A DNA stretch of 63,990 nucleotides, filler included, from Caldilineae bacterium (GTDB taxonomy: Bacteria > Chloroflexota > Anaerolineae > DTLA01): the NCBI GenBank assembly GCA_037446815.1. It is 3 parts of 3 records of this genome, joined end to end, with 100 filler letters (N's around TTAATTAATTAA, not from the genome) between each part and the next. Parts side by side here need not be neighbours in the genome. Positions count along the whole stretch, not along the records: positions 26,978 to 53,362 come from JBBIHX010000030.1; 2 more parts are not named here. One strand, given 5' to 3'. Positions 27,645-41,200 of this stretch are shown here, in pieces (position 1 is the stretch's first letter; the number at the start of each line of letters is the position of its first letter). Below the pieces are notes generated by a model. That model worked only from the letters and a program-made list of their open reading frames with translations. It had not been told where the DNA came from and ran no database searches. The translations under genes and the position numbers were made by a program.

Positions 27645-28608
27645 GGGGGTCTCCCGCCTCAAAGGCAAGGGCGGCGACACCCAGCAGGCCGGCGTCGTCG
27701 CCCAGGGCGGCGGGCACGATGTCCACGCCCTTGCGGAAGGCGAAGGGGGCGCGCGCGTCCACCGTCTGGCGAATGGGGCCGAACAGCAGGTCGCCGGCGA
27801 AACTGACGCCCCCGCCGATGACGACGCGGCCCGGGTTGAGGATGTGCAGCAGATTGACAATGCCGACGCCGATGTAGAAGCCCGCGTTCGCCAGGAGTTC
27901 GCGGGCCAGCGCATCGCCGGCCTTGGCCGCGTCGGTTACGATGTGGGCGGTGATGTTCTGCGGGTCGCCGCCCGGCGTCATGTCCAGGATGCGGGTGGGG
28001 CGACCCTCGGCGATGGCGGCGCGGGCGTTGCGGGCGATGGCCGGACCCGCGGCCAGGGCCTCCAGGCAGCCGATGTTGCCGCAGTTGCAGCGCGGGCCGT
28101 GGGCCTCCAGGGTCATGTGGCCCACCTCGCCGGCGTACCCGTGCTCGCCCCAGTAGAGTTTGCCCTCCACAATGATGCCCCCGCCGATGCCGGTGCTGAT
28201 GGTGAGATACACCATGTTGGCGAAGCCGCGGCCCGCGCCGAAGCGTTGCTCGCCGACGGCGGCGGCGTTGGCGTCGTTTTCCACGATGGTGGGCAGGCCA
28301 GTGGCCTCCATGATGCGGTCGCGCATCGGGTAGTGGTCAAAGCCCGGCAGGTTGGGGCATTCAATGATGATGCCCGTGCGCGGTTGGAGGGGGCCGGGCG
28401 CGCCGATGCCGATCGCCTGCACGCAGCACGTTGGGTTCTGGCGGATGGCCTCGCCGATGAGTTGAAGCATGCGGGCGACGACGTGCTCCGCGCCCAGGTG
28501 GGCTTCCGTCTCCGTCTTAGCGCGGTATAGGATGCGGCCGTCGGCAGTGCAGACGGCAGTCCGCAGGTGCGTTCCTCCCAGGTCCACGGCGATTACGGTA
28601 GGTTCCAT
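27634..28608 (-). CDS. ROK-family sugar kinase (glucokinase-like)
   Basis: DLGGT, ENDANAAA.GE, STGIGGG, GEVGH, CNCGNIGCLE. Confidence 0.94.
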   Translation of the reverse strand: MEPTVIAVDLGGTHLRTAVCTADGRILYRAKTETEAHLGAEHVVARMLQLIGEAIRQNPTCCVQAIGIGAPGPLQPRTGIIIECPNLPGFDHYPMRDRIMEATGLPTIVENDANAAAVGEQRFGAGRGFANMVYLTISTGIGGGIIVEGKLYWGEHGYAGEVGHMTLEAHGPRCNCGNIGCLEALAAGPAIARNARAAIAEGRPTRILDMTPGGDPQNITAHIVTDAAKAGDALARELLANAGFYIGVGIVNLLHILNPGRVVIGGGVSFAGDLLFGPIRQTVDARAPFAFRKGVDIVPAALGDDAGLLGVAALAFEAGDPHAR

Positions 28609-28640
28609 GCGCTCGCTCCGAAGGTCTCGTGCTGCCGCAG

Positions 28641-28670
28641 AGTATAGCACAGGCGGGGAATGGGGGTCAA
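28641..28670 (-). promoter_or_regulatory. Promoter of the ROK operon
   Basis: TTGACC-18 bp-TATACT with TGn on the minus strand. Confidence 0.6.
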
Positions 28671-28685
28671 CCTACGTGGCCCCCT

Positions 28686-28835
28686 GATTCGGTTTCATCT
28701 TGTGTTGGTGAACCGTAGGCGCACTCTGCCCTGTGTCATTGCGAGCGAAGCGAAGCAACCCCACGCCCCCGGCGATTGCTTCGGGCGCTCCGCGCCCTCG
28801 CAATGACAGGTACCAACAGACTTTGGAACTGACTC
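28686..28835 (-). mobile_element. ~150-bp MITE-like element, copy 3 (reverse orientation)
   Basis: Near reverse complement of 13038-13187 along its whole length. Confidence 0.75.
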
Positions 28836-28990
28836 GGCCTCTTGGGGGCAGCCCATGGGTGGCGGGTTCCCTGGTACGGAAATTGCACACGACCCGTAGG
28901 AATCGTGCGCCTCCCCGTGCCGGGAGGCCGTCTCGCCGCGTCGCGGAAAGGTTCCCCGGCGGCAAAATGAGGGGAACTTTGGCGGGCAGG

Positions 28991-29032
28991 TTGACAAGGT
29001 TATTGACAAGTGCTAGAAAACGGTTGTATAAT
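28991..29032 (+). promoter_or_regulatory. Tandem overlapping sigma70 promoters of the giant surface-protein gene
   Basis: TTGACAAG at 28991 and 29003; TTGACA-17-TAGAAA (TGn) and TTGACA-18-TATAAT. Confidence 0.75.
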
Positions 29033-29296
29033 ACATAACGTAAAGGGGAGTCTGATACTCCGGGGCCTTTTCGCATCATGCGGTTGGGCCGAACGCCTTT
29101 CGGCGCGAGAAGGGCGGTTGGCGCATGGGCGAGAAGGTGGCACCCCGCCGCTTGTTTCCACGAAACGAATACGGACAACTGAAGAAAGCGCCGAGGCACG
29201 GAGGCGCGAGTTCGTGCATGGCCGGGAAGTCCAGCGAAAAGCGCTGCGGCTTCGTTTTGGCCTATGCGCAGACCAGTGCGTACAAGGAGGCCTGTC

Positions 29297-32200
29297 ATGA
29301 GGAAGGCAACATGGTTGGGCGTAGTTGTACTCGTAGCGCTTGCGCTGGCAGTCGGGATGGGGCTGGCGATTCGGCCCGTCCATGCGGCTCCCGGCGTGGT
29401 GCTGGTGAAGACCTCCAGTGCTGGCGGAACGGCCGTGCCGGGCCAGGTCATCCAGTACACCCTGTGGATCACGAACACGGACCCGGCACCCGTAACGTTG
29501 GAGGTGCGAGATGACCTGCCGTCGCAGGTGCTGTACATCGGCGGCAGCGCCGTGGCCGCCTCGCCTCTGACGTACGCCGATGACTTCAACGTGGTCAGTT
29601 GGTCCAACAACACGGGCACCGCCAACTGGGCCGGGCCATGGGTGGAGACCAACGACGCCGTCGGCCCCCATATCGGTGACCTGGTGATTGAGGATGACGC
29701 GGGCAGTTTTCGCCTGCGCCTCCGCGCGGCCAACAAGTCGGTGGATCGCCCTGCCGACACGTCCACGATGCTCCAGCCTACGCTGCGCTTCATCCGCAAG
29801 TTGTGGTCCGTGGAGACCAACGACTGGTTCTACCTGGACGTGTACGACGGCGGCGTGTGGCACAATGGCGTAATGTCCTGGAGCGTGGGCTCCACGCAAG
29901 ATGTGTACATCGCCGAAGAGGTGAACCTGACCGCGTACAAGTCCTCCGCCATGAAGATTCGGTTCCGCACGGGCGCGGCGGTGGCAACCGGCGATGTGAT
30001 GTACGTGGACGACGTGGAAATCTACGACAAGGGCGTTGCCCTGGCCGCGCCGCCGGTCATGACGACCAGCCTGCAGGTGGAGGCCAACGCGACCAAGGTG
30101 GTGCGCCTGTCGGCGGTGGTGTTGCAGCCGCTGTCGGGCGGCACGCTCATGACCAACACCGCAACGGTCAAGAGCGGGGCGGTAACCCTGGCCACGGCCC
30201 AGGTTACCGACGTGCTCCAGGCCCCGATCTTGCAGATCACCAAGAGCGCGATTCCCGCCGTTGTGGAGGCGGGCGAGCGCATCACCTACACGGTGCGGGT
30301 TACGAACACCGGCACCACTACCGCGAACAACGTTTCCATCTACGACCCCGTCCCCGCGAACACGTCCTATGTGGGCGGGAGCGTCCAACTGACCGACCTG
30401 TTGCCCGATGATGTGCCTTCCGTCGGGCCTCGCGCCACGCTGTGGGATTCGGAGCACGCCGGCCTGGTGCGCGCGCGGCTCACCCCGAGCATTGAGATCG
30501 CGGGTGTGGGCGCGCCGCCGTGGATCCTGACCGGCCACACCCTGGCGCCTGGGCAGGCGGTAACGGTTACCTTTGAGGTGCAGTCGCAGGCCCCCTTGAC
30601 CAATGGCCTGGTGATCACGAACACGGCATCGGTAACGTGCACGCAGATCATCACGCCGGTTTCGGCGTCGGCGTACACGACCGTGCACAGCAGCCCCTCG
30701 CTGACCATCACCAAATCCTCGCAGAACCTGAACCCGCCGCAACTGAACCCCGATGACACGTTGCGGTACGTGATCACGCTGACCAACTCGGGCAACGGCA
30801 ACGCCACGGGCACCGTGGTGAGCGACACGCTGCCCGCGAACACGACGTTCGTGCCCGGGAGCGTGGTGATATCGCCCGCGTCGGCGGGCGGAACGCCGGG
30901 AACCCCGCCCAACATCGCCACGGGCATCTCGGTGCCCGGCATGGGCGGCTCGGTAACCGTTCGGTACGACGTGAAGGTGGACAAGCCGTTGCAGAATGGC
31001 ACCGTGATCACCAACGTGGCCGCCGCGCGCTGCACCGAGGCCATGACCTGGGTCGTTTCCTCGGCGGTTACCGACACGGTCGTGAGCGCGCCCTATGTGG
31101 TTGCCACCAAGTCGGCGCAAGACATGACGGGCGGCGCGCCCCTGCGCCCCGGCGATGTGTTGAGTTACACCGTCGTGCTGAACAACATCGGCACGATGAA
31201 CTACTATGACCTGGCGAATCATGAGTTTGTAGATATCCTGCCGCTCACCTATGCCTCATATGTGGCCGGCTCGCACACCGCGTCCAGCGGCACCATCACG
31301 TTCGCCACCGACCGCGTGCGCTGGAACGGCGACCTGCTGGTGGGCCAGCCGGTAACGTTATCCTTCGCCATCCAGTTGAACACGCCGCTGACCAATGGGC
31401 TGACCATCACCAACACGGGCGAGGTGCGCTATGATAGCGACGGCGACGGCGACTACGACGGGCTGGACATCCCAGCCCAGACCAACGCCGTCGTCAGCAC
31501 CGTTACGGCGTCGCCCAACATCGTCGTAACGAAGACATCGGCGGACATGACGGGCGGGGCGCCGCTGCAACCCGGCGATCAACTGCGCTACGAGATCGTG
31601 TTCACCAACACCGGCGACATGAACGCCACCGACATGGTGCTCACCGACACCATCCCCGCGAATACGACCTTCGCCAGCCCGGGCTCCGTGCCCGGTGGCG
31701 GCACGCTGGTGTCCACCAGTCCGGTGTTGCGCATAGAGGGGATTGACCTGGCGGCGGGCGCCTCGGCGTCGTTCGTGTTCCGCGTCAACCTGAACAGCGT
31801 CATCACCGTCGGCACGTCCATCACCAACCGCGCCTACATCTTCTACGACAGCGACGGGGTGGGTGGCAATGACACGTTGGCGCAGTCCAACCTCGTGTCG
31901 GACGCGGTTACAAGTTCGCCGCAGTTCACGCTCACGAAGCAGGCTCACAGCGGGAGCATCGTGCCCGGCCAGCCGGTAACATACACGATTGTGCTGACGA
32001 ACACGGGCAACGCCCCCGCGACGGGCGTCGTAGTGAGCGACACGTTGCCGGTCTCGCTCACGTTCGTGCCCGGCAGCGTTACCATCGCGCCGGCATCGGC
32101 GGGCGGCACGCCTGGAACGCCGCCGCAGATCGCCACGGGCATCAGTGCGCCCGTCGGCCAGCCCATCACGGTTACCTTCCGGGCCACCCTGGCGCGGCCA

Positions 32201-35200
32201 CTGGACAACGGGACGATTATCACGAACACGGCCAGCGTCTGGTGCGCCGAGAACCCGACGCCCGTCGCCAGCGGCCCCGCCACATTCACCGTGAGCAGCG
32301 CGCCGTCCGTCGCGGGCGTGAAGACGATGCAGGACCTGAACGGGCCGCCACTTCGCCCGGGCGACCAGGTGCGTTACACGCTGGTGGTTACTAACACCGG
32401 CACGATGAACCAGGGCGACTATGGCGGCAACGAAATCCGCGATGACTTGCCAACCTATACCTCCATGGTGAGCGGAACCCTGTTCGCCTCGTCGGGCACG
32501 GCAACCTATGACAGCGTGAACCGCCGCGTTCTGTGGAACGGGGCGTTGCCGGTGGACCAGCCCGTTACCATCGTCTTTGACGTGGTGCTGGATAACGCCA
32601 TTCCCAACGGCACCGTGATTCAGAACCGCGGGCGGCTGTACTGGGACGACGACGGCGACAAGGCGAACAACCGCACCACGTACACGCCTTACGTTTCGGG
32701 GACCGTGGTGAGCGCGCCGCTGATGGTCGCGCACAAGACCTCGCTGGACCTGAACGGCGGCGTGTTTGAGCCGGGCGATGTCATCAGTTACACCGTCGTG
32801 ATCACCAATATCGGGAACATGGACCAGCCGGATATACCGTCGCACTTTGAGTTCTACGACCCCATATTCCCGGGCCTCACCTACAAGCCGGGGACGGCAA
32901 CCCAGCCCTGGGGCACGTGGGGCATTGACGGCACGGCGGTACGCTGGACCGGCCCCATCACCGTGGGCGTGCCGCTAACCCTCACCTGGGCCATGGACGT
33001 GGGCATCATCAACCACGGGACGGTGGTTACCAACGCCGCAGAAATCCGCTACGACAGCGACGCCGATGGCGATTGGGACACCAATGACGTGGTCGTTACG
33101 ACGAACACCACACAAGACACGATTTACTACCTGTCGGCGCTGCACGCCACGAAGATTTCGGAGGACATGACGGGCGGCGCGCCGCTCCAGCCCAACGATG
33201 TCATCCGCTACACGGTGATTATCACCAACACGGGCAACCGGCCCGTTACGGGCGCGGTCTTCACCGACGTGGTGCCCGCCAACACCACGTTCCTGAACGT
33301 GCCCACCCTTCCGGGCGGCGCGGTCAACGAGAGCACGGCGTCGCTGGTGAAAATCTCCAACATCTCCATCCCGGCCAACGGCGGCAGCGCCACGATTCAG
33401 TTCCGCGTGCGCGTGAACCTGCCGCTGTGGGATGGTACGGTCATCAGCAACCAGGGGTACGTGCGCTACGACCGCGACGGCCTGGGCACGTATGAGATGA
33501 TCGCCACGGACGACCCGCGCACGCCGACGGTGGGCGACCCGACGCAGGACACGGTAACCGCAGCGCCCGCGTTGGTGGTAACCAAGACGGCGCAGGACAT
33601 GAACGGGGGCAATCTGCGCCCGGGCGACGTGTTGAGTTACACCATCGTCATCACCAACACCGGCACCGAGAATGCGGTCAACGTCGCGGTAACGGATACC
33701 GTGCCTGCCAATACGGCCTTCGTGCCCGGCAGCGTAACGCGCGAGCCGGCATCGGCGGGCGGGACGCTGGGCACGCCGCCGAGCCTGGTGTCGGGCATGG
33801 TGATCACGGCCCAGACATCGGTTACCGTAACCATGGCGGTGCAACTGGACGTGCCGCTGCCCAACGGCGCCCTCATCACCAACACGGCCACGGTGAGCGC
33901 CGACCGCCTGACGCCGATTACCGCGACGGTTACCAATACCGTAACCAGCGCGCCCATCGGCAACGTGGCCAAGACGGGCACGGACGCGAACGGCGGCAAC
34001 GTAGTGCCGGGCGATCGCCTGGACTTCCAGGTGGTGCTGTGGAATACCGGCGACATGAACCAGGGCGACAACGCGGGCGATGAGTTCTGGGATGTCCTTT
34101 CGCCGCATGTAACCCTGGTGCCGGGGACTTTGGCGGCCACTTCGGGGACGGCGACGTACAATTCCGGCGCGCACCGCATTGAGTGGAACGGCCCGGTCAA
34201 CGTGGGCCAGCCCGTTACCATCACCTACAGCGCCGACGTGAACCTGCCGCTGAACAACGGCACCAACGTGCAGAACACGGCGTATTTCACCTATGACAGC
34301 GACGGCGACAACGTCAACGAGACGACTGTAACGTCTTCGGTGAACTTCACGGTGGTGAGCGCGCCGTTGGTGGTTGCGCACAAGTCGTCGCTGGACGTGA
34401 ACGGTTACCCGGTGCGCCCGGGCGACATCCTTAGTTACACCGTCGTCCTGACCAACGTGGGGACGATGGANNNNNNNNNNNNNNNNNNNNNNNNNNNNNN
34501 NNNNNNNNNNNNNNNNNNNNNNNNNNNNNNNNNNNNNNNNNNNNNNNNNNNNNNNNNNNNNNNNNNNNNNACGGACACGGTTACCAGCGCCGCCGTGATT
34601 GCGATAACCAAGTACTCCGAGGACATGACGGGCGGCGCGCCGCTCCAGCCCGGCGATGAGTTGCGCTACACCATCAACTTCACCAACACGGGCGACATGG
34701 ACGCGGTGGATATGGTGCTCACGGATACCATCCCGGCACACACGACCTTCCAGTCGTCTGGCGCGCTGCCTGGCGGCGGCGTCCTCGTCTCCACCAGCCC
34801 GGTGCTCCGCATTGAGGGCATTGACTTGGCGGCGGGCGCGTCGGCTCAATTCCGCTTCCGCGTTACGCTGGACAGCGTGATACCGGTGGGCACGTCTATC
34901 ACCAATCGCGCCTACATCCTCTACGACGCCGACGGCAACGGCTCCATGGAGTCGCTGCGGCAGTCCAACGAGGTGGTTGATCCGGTAACCAGCGCGCCCG
35001 TGCTGGCGATCACCAAGTCGGCGCAGGATCTCAACGGTGCGCCGTTGGTGCCCGGTGATACGCTGCGGTACACGCTTGTGGTCAACAACACGGGCAACGC
35101 CCCGGCGGAGAACACCGTCATCAGCGACACGCTGCCCGCCAACACCATGTGGGCCGACAACATCACCATCAACCCGCCATCGGCAGGCGGAACGCCCGGA

Positions 35201-38200
35201 ACGCCGCCCAACATCGTTACCGGCCTGACGGTGCAGGTGGGCTCGCCGGTTACGGTAACCTTTGACGTAACGGTGAACCGACCGACGGCCGACGGTAGCC
35301 AGGTGCGGAACCGCGCCGATGTGTCGGCAACGGGCGCGATGACGCCGGTGCTCAGCAACCTGGTAACGCGCACCGTGTCGGCTCCCGTGTTTGACATCCG
35401 CAAGGTGAGCGTGCCGATGACGGTAACGCCCGGCTCGCTCATGACCTACACGATTTACATTACCAACACCGGCCCCGTGGCGGCCAATGACATGGGCATC
35501 CTGGACAACCTGCCGCCGTATGTTACGTATGTGCCCGGCAGCGCGGGCCTGAAGGTGCCGACGGTCTACGCCGATGACTTTGAGTCCAACACCTACAGCG
35601 GCAACAGCGGCAACACCAACTTCGCCAGCAACTGGGTGGAGTCGCTGGATGATGGCTCGTCCGCGTCGGGGAACATCCTCCTGACGTCCAACCTAGGCAG
35701 CAGGCGGCTGCGGCTGAACGGCGACCTGACGAACGCGATGACCATCCGGCGCAACGTGGGCAACATTCTCCCGTTCACGTCGCCGCGGGTGGAGTTTGAC
35801 GCCAGGGCCGTTAGCATGGAGGCGGGCGATGAGTTCCGCTTCCAGGTGTACGACGGCTCCGTATGGCAGACGGTTTACACATGGAGCGGCCCGCTGGCCG
35901 AGTCGGGCTACACGACCCGCTCGTTTGACATCACGGGGTACAAGAGCGCCGACCTGCGCATTCGCTTCTGGGTCAGCACGGCCAACGATTCCGGCGACTA
36001 CCTGTACGTGGACAACGTGCGGGTATACGACGCCGGCGCGCCGCTGAACCCGCCGCCCAACTTGGCGACGGGCCTGACCCTGAACCCCGGCCAGGCCATC
36101 ACCGTTACGTTCAACGTTACGGCGACATCGCCGCTGACGAATGGCTTGTCCATCGTCAACGAGGCCGGCGTGTACTGCTACGAACTGCCGGTGCCGCAGT
36201 ACACGACCGCCGCCAGCGTCGTGGACAGCAGCGTGAGCCTGGCCGCGACCAAGATGAGCATTGACCTGAACGGCGGCGATATAACCCCCGGCGACACGCT
36301 GCGATACCAGGTGGTGTTGACGGCGATGGGTTCGGGCATCGCCACGAACACGAGCATCGTTGACCCGCTGCCGGCCAACACGACCTGGCAGAACAACGTC
36401 GTGGTTACGCCGCCGGGCGGGGTGGCGGGGGCGCCGCCCAACGTGCTCACCGGCCTGTCGGTGCCGGGCGGCTCCACGGTAACCGTTACCTACGACGTGC
36501 AGGTGAATGCGCCGCTGGCCGAGGGCACGATCATCACCAACACGGCCACCATCAGCAGCCCGAACATCCCGGCGGCCCTGACCTCTACGGTTACGGATAC
36601 GGTGCGCACCGCGGCGCTGTCCATCGGCAAGGCGGCGGATCCGTCGCCCATCGCGGCCGGCGGCGTGGTAACCTACATCATCACGGTGCGCAACACCGGC
36701 ACGACGACCGCCACCAACGTGGTGGTAACCGACACGCTCCCGCCCGAAGTCACGTACATCCCGGGCTCCACCACCATCGCCAGCGCCTTCGTGTTCGCTG
36801 ACGACTTCGGCTCCGGCGACTACAGCGGCAGCACGGGCACGCAGCCGTGGACAGGCGGCTGGACCGAGTCGCCGGCGGATGGCGGCCCGCTTTCCGGCGA
36901 CATCACCGTGGTGTCCGAGAGCGGGAGCCTGCGCCTGCACGTGAGCGGGACGAGCAAGACCATTCGCCGCCAGGCCGACATCCGCAGCATGTTCTACCCG
37001 GTGTTGGAGTTTGACCGCAAACTGGTGGGCATGGAGAGCGGCGACACGTTCACGCTGGAACTGTACAACGGCAGCGCGTGGACGACGGTGCGCTCGTGGA
37101 ACGGCCCGGCGGATGAGTCCGGCTACACGCATGAGGTGGTGGACCTGAGCGGCTACAAGGCCAGCAACTTCCGCCTGCGGTTTGGCAGCGGGCCGGCCAA
37201 CGCCGCCGATGACCATCTGTACGTGGACAACGTGATCATCTACGATACCGGCGTGCCGGGCAACGCGCCGCCGGTGCTCACCGATACGCTGTCCATCGGG
37301 CCTGGGATGGCGATGAACGTGTCGTTCCAGGGCAACGTCGCCAGCCCGCTGGAGAATGGCTCCACGATCACCAACCGCGCGGGCGCCAGCAGCCAGCAGA
37401 CGCCGACGCCGGTCCTGGCGCAACTGGTGTCCACCATCTCCAGCGCGCCGGACGTGCAGGTTACCAAGACTTCGTTTGACCCCAGCGGCTATCCGCTGCG
37501 GCCCGACGAGGTGCTGAACTACACCATCGTGCTCCACAACGTGGGCACGATGAACCAGCACGACAACGCAGGCCACGAGTTGGTGGACGCGATTCCCACC
37601 AACACGACCTACGTGCCCGGCAGTTTGTTCTACACATCGGGCGCGGGCGCGTACAACGCCGGCCTGAACCGCATAGAGTGGAACGGCGCGGTGAACGTGG
37701 GCCAGCCGGTAACGGTGTCCTTCTCGGTGCGGACGAACCCGCTGCTGGTCAACGGCACGCCCATCTACAACCTGGCCGTGCTGTCCTACGACAGCGACGG
37801 CGACAACGTGAACGACGCCACGCGGGGCAGCCCGGTGATTGACCTCATCACCAGCGCGCCGTTTGTGGTGGCGCACAAGACATCGGTGGATGTGGATGGC
37901 GCGCCGCTGCGCCCGGGCGAGGTTCTGTCGTACACGGTGGTCTTCACCAACGCCGGCGACATGGATCAACTGGACAAGCCCGGCGCCGAGTTCCTGGACG
38001 ACATTCCGGCGAACAGCGCCTACATCCCCGGCTCCGCTTGGGCTTCGTCTGGCTCGGTGTCGTACAACAGCACCTACAACCGCATCGCCTGGAACGGCAA
38101 CTTGCCTGTGGGCGTGCCGGTAACGGTGAAGTTCGCCGTGCAGACGAACAGCCCGCTACCCAACGGGACGGCCATCGTGAACACGGGCCGCGCGTTCTAC

Positions 38201-41200
38201 GACGCCGACGGCGACGGTACGACGAACGAGGCGGTGGCGCTGGCCGGGCCCATCACCGATACCATCACCAGCGCGCCGCGGATTGAGATCACCAAGGCGG
38301 CCGTGGACGTGAACGGCGCGCCGCTGGAGCCCGGCGACACCCTGGCCTACGACATCACCATCACCAACTCCGGCAACATGAACGCCGTGGGCATGGTGTT
38401 CACCGACACCATCCCGGCGCACACCGCGTACCTGTCGGTGGAGAATCTGCCGGCGGGCGCGGTGCTGGCGGCCACGTCGCCCGAGTTGCGCATCACGAAC
38501 CTGACCGTGAACGCGGGCACGGCGGTTACCTTCCGCCTGAACGTGGTGCTGGACATCCCGCTGGTCAACGGGACCGTCATCAGCAACCAGGGCATGCTGG
38601 CCTACGACGCGGACGGCAACGGGAGCAACGAATCGCTGGCGCCCACCGATGACCCGTCCACGCCGGCCATCAACGACCCGACGGTGCGGACGGTGGTGAG
38701 CGGGCCGGTGCTGGTGGTTACGAAGACCTCCAACGACCTGAACGGCGCGCCGCTTGGGCCGAGCGATGTCCTCCAGTACCAGGTGGTCATCCGCAACGAC
38801 GGCAAGGCCAACGCGACCGGCGTTGTGGTGAGCGACACCGTGCCTGCCTTCACAACCTGGCAGGATGCGGTAACGATTGACCCGGCGTCGGCCGGTGGCG
38901 TCATCGGCGCTCCGCCGCTCATCGTATCCGGCTTGACGGTGGCCGCGCAGCAGTCGGTAACCGTAACGTACAACGTGCAGGTCAGCGCGGGCGTCGCCGA
39001 TGGTACGCCTATCGTGAACCGCGTGCAGGTGCAGTGCGCCGAAGATCCGACCTGGCGCACGGCGGTGCTGACCGATACGGCCTACGCGCCGGTGCTCCAG
39101 ATATCCAAGGTCGGCGAGCCGAACCCGGTGGAAGCGGGCGCGGTGCTGACGTACACCATCCTCGTGTCCAACACGGGCGGCTATCCGACGGGCAATGTAT
39201 CGCTGGCCGACACGCTGCCCGCGCAGGTGGCCTACGTGCCCGGTTCCACGGTCCTGGCCGTAACGACTACCTACGCCGACGACTTTGAGAGCGCGACCTA
39301 CAGCGGCAACACCGGCACCCACAACTGGGCCAGCAACTGGGTGGAGCCGGCCGGGGACGGCGGCGCGCTGGCGGGCGACGTGGGCATCCTCAGCGAGTCG
39401 CTGAGCAGGCGGCTGCACGTCAGCGGCGCCAGCAAGTACGCCTGGCGGCAGGCGGACCTGACGCCGTTCCTGAAGCCGACCCTGCGGTTTGACCGCAAGT
39501 TGGTCAGCCTGGATGGGGCCAGCGACTACTTCCGCGTGGAAGTGTGGAATGGCGTGGCGTGGACGCCGCTGCAGACGTGGACGGGGCCTGCGGACGATGG
39601 CGCGTACTACACCGAGACCTTTGACCTGTCGCCGTTCATCGTGAGCGGCGCGCGCATCCGCTTCCGCAGCGGCCCGTCCAACAGCGTGGACGATCACCTG
39701 TACGTGGACAACGTGATGATTTACGACGAGGGCGTGCCCGGAGGCGCGCCGCCGGTGCTGGCCACCGGCCTGACGCTCCAGCCGCGCACGACGCTGCGGG
39801 CCACGTTCCAGGTGCAGGTGAACAGCCCGCTGCCCGACGGCACGACGCTTATCAACAGCGCGTCGGTAACCAGCCAGCACTTCCCGACGCCTATCGTCGC
39901 CACGGCGATGAACACGGTGCACTCCGCGCCGGACATTCGGGTGGACAAGACGTCGCTGGACGTGAACGGCGGCCTGCTCGCGCCGTATGATGTGCTGCGG
40001 TACCAGGTGGTGATCCAGAACGCGGGCAACGCCGACGCAACCAATGTCAACTTGACGGACGAACTGCCGCCATACACCACGTGGGTTGGCAACGTGAGCA
40101 TCGCGCCGGTCTCCGCCGGTGGCATTCCGGGCACGCCGCCCAACGTGGCGACCGGAATGACCGTGCGCGGCGGCGAGAGCGTAACGGTAACCTACGAGGT
40201 GCGCGTGATGCGACCGGTGATGGACGGCACCGACATCGTGAACACGGCCAGCGTGAGCAGCCTGCAAGCGCCCGGCCCGTTCACCGATACCATCACCGAC
40301 ACGGTGCACTCGCCCACGCTGCTCATCGGCAAGGGCGGAGCGCCGCAGCCGGTGGAGGCGGGCGGCCTGGTTACCTACACCATCGCTATCACCAACTCCG
40401 GCACGCTGACGGCGACCGGCGTGGTGGTGAGCGATACCCTGCCGCCGCAGATTACCTACGTGCCCGGCACGTCCACATGGCGGCTTGGCGCGACCTACGC
40501 CGACACGTTCTCCATCTACAGTTACTCGGAGAACGACGGCACGGTCAACTGGGCCAGCAACTGGATTGAGCAGAACGACGACGGCCTGCCCACGTCGGGC
40601 AACGTCGGCATGGTCTGGGATGCGGGCAGTCTGCGCCTGATGGTGCAGAACGTCAACCGCGCCATCTGGCGGCAGGCGGACATCAGTTACTTCTACAACC
40701 CGAAACTGCGGTTTGACCGCCGCATCCTGGGCCTGGAAGCCGGCAAAGCGTTCTACCTGGACGTGTACAATGGCTCCACGTGGCAGGTGGCGCAGACCTG
40801 GTTCGGGCCGCTGGACGAGGCGACGTACAGCACCATCGTGGTGGACCTGAGCGCCTACAAGTCCACGGCCACGCGCATCCGCTTCCGCGCCGGCACCACG
40901 TTGGACTCGGCGGACAGCATGTACGTGGACAACGTGGAAATCTACGACGAGGCGCAGGCGGGCGGGTCGCCGGGTAGCCTGGTGAGCGGGGCGACGATCC
41001 CGCCGGGCGCGAGCCTGGTGGCGCAGTTGACCGGCCGGGTGGCCAGCCCGCTGCCCAACGGCACCATGCTGCCCAACACCGGCTGGGTGCGCTGCACCGA
41101 GTGGCCCGAGGGCGTGTCGTCCACGTTCAACAGCCAGGTGCACAGCACAACCGTGCTCCAGGTTACCAAGTCGTCGCAGGATGTCAACGGCGGCGACCTG

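Noticed and set aside
34471..34570. Reading frame of the giant ORF continuing through the N gap
   Set aside because: 100 N is a placeholder and the frame match is coincidental. Most of one repeat, possibly more, is missing, so the 5,384-aa length is not reliable.
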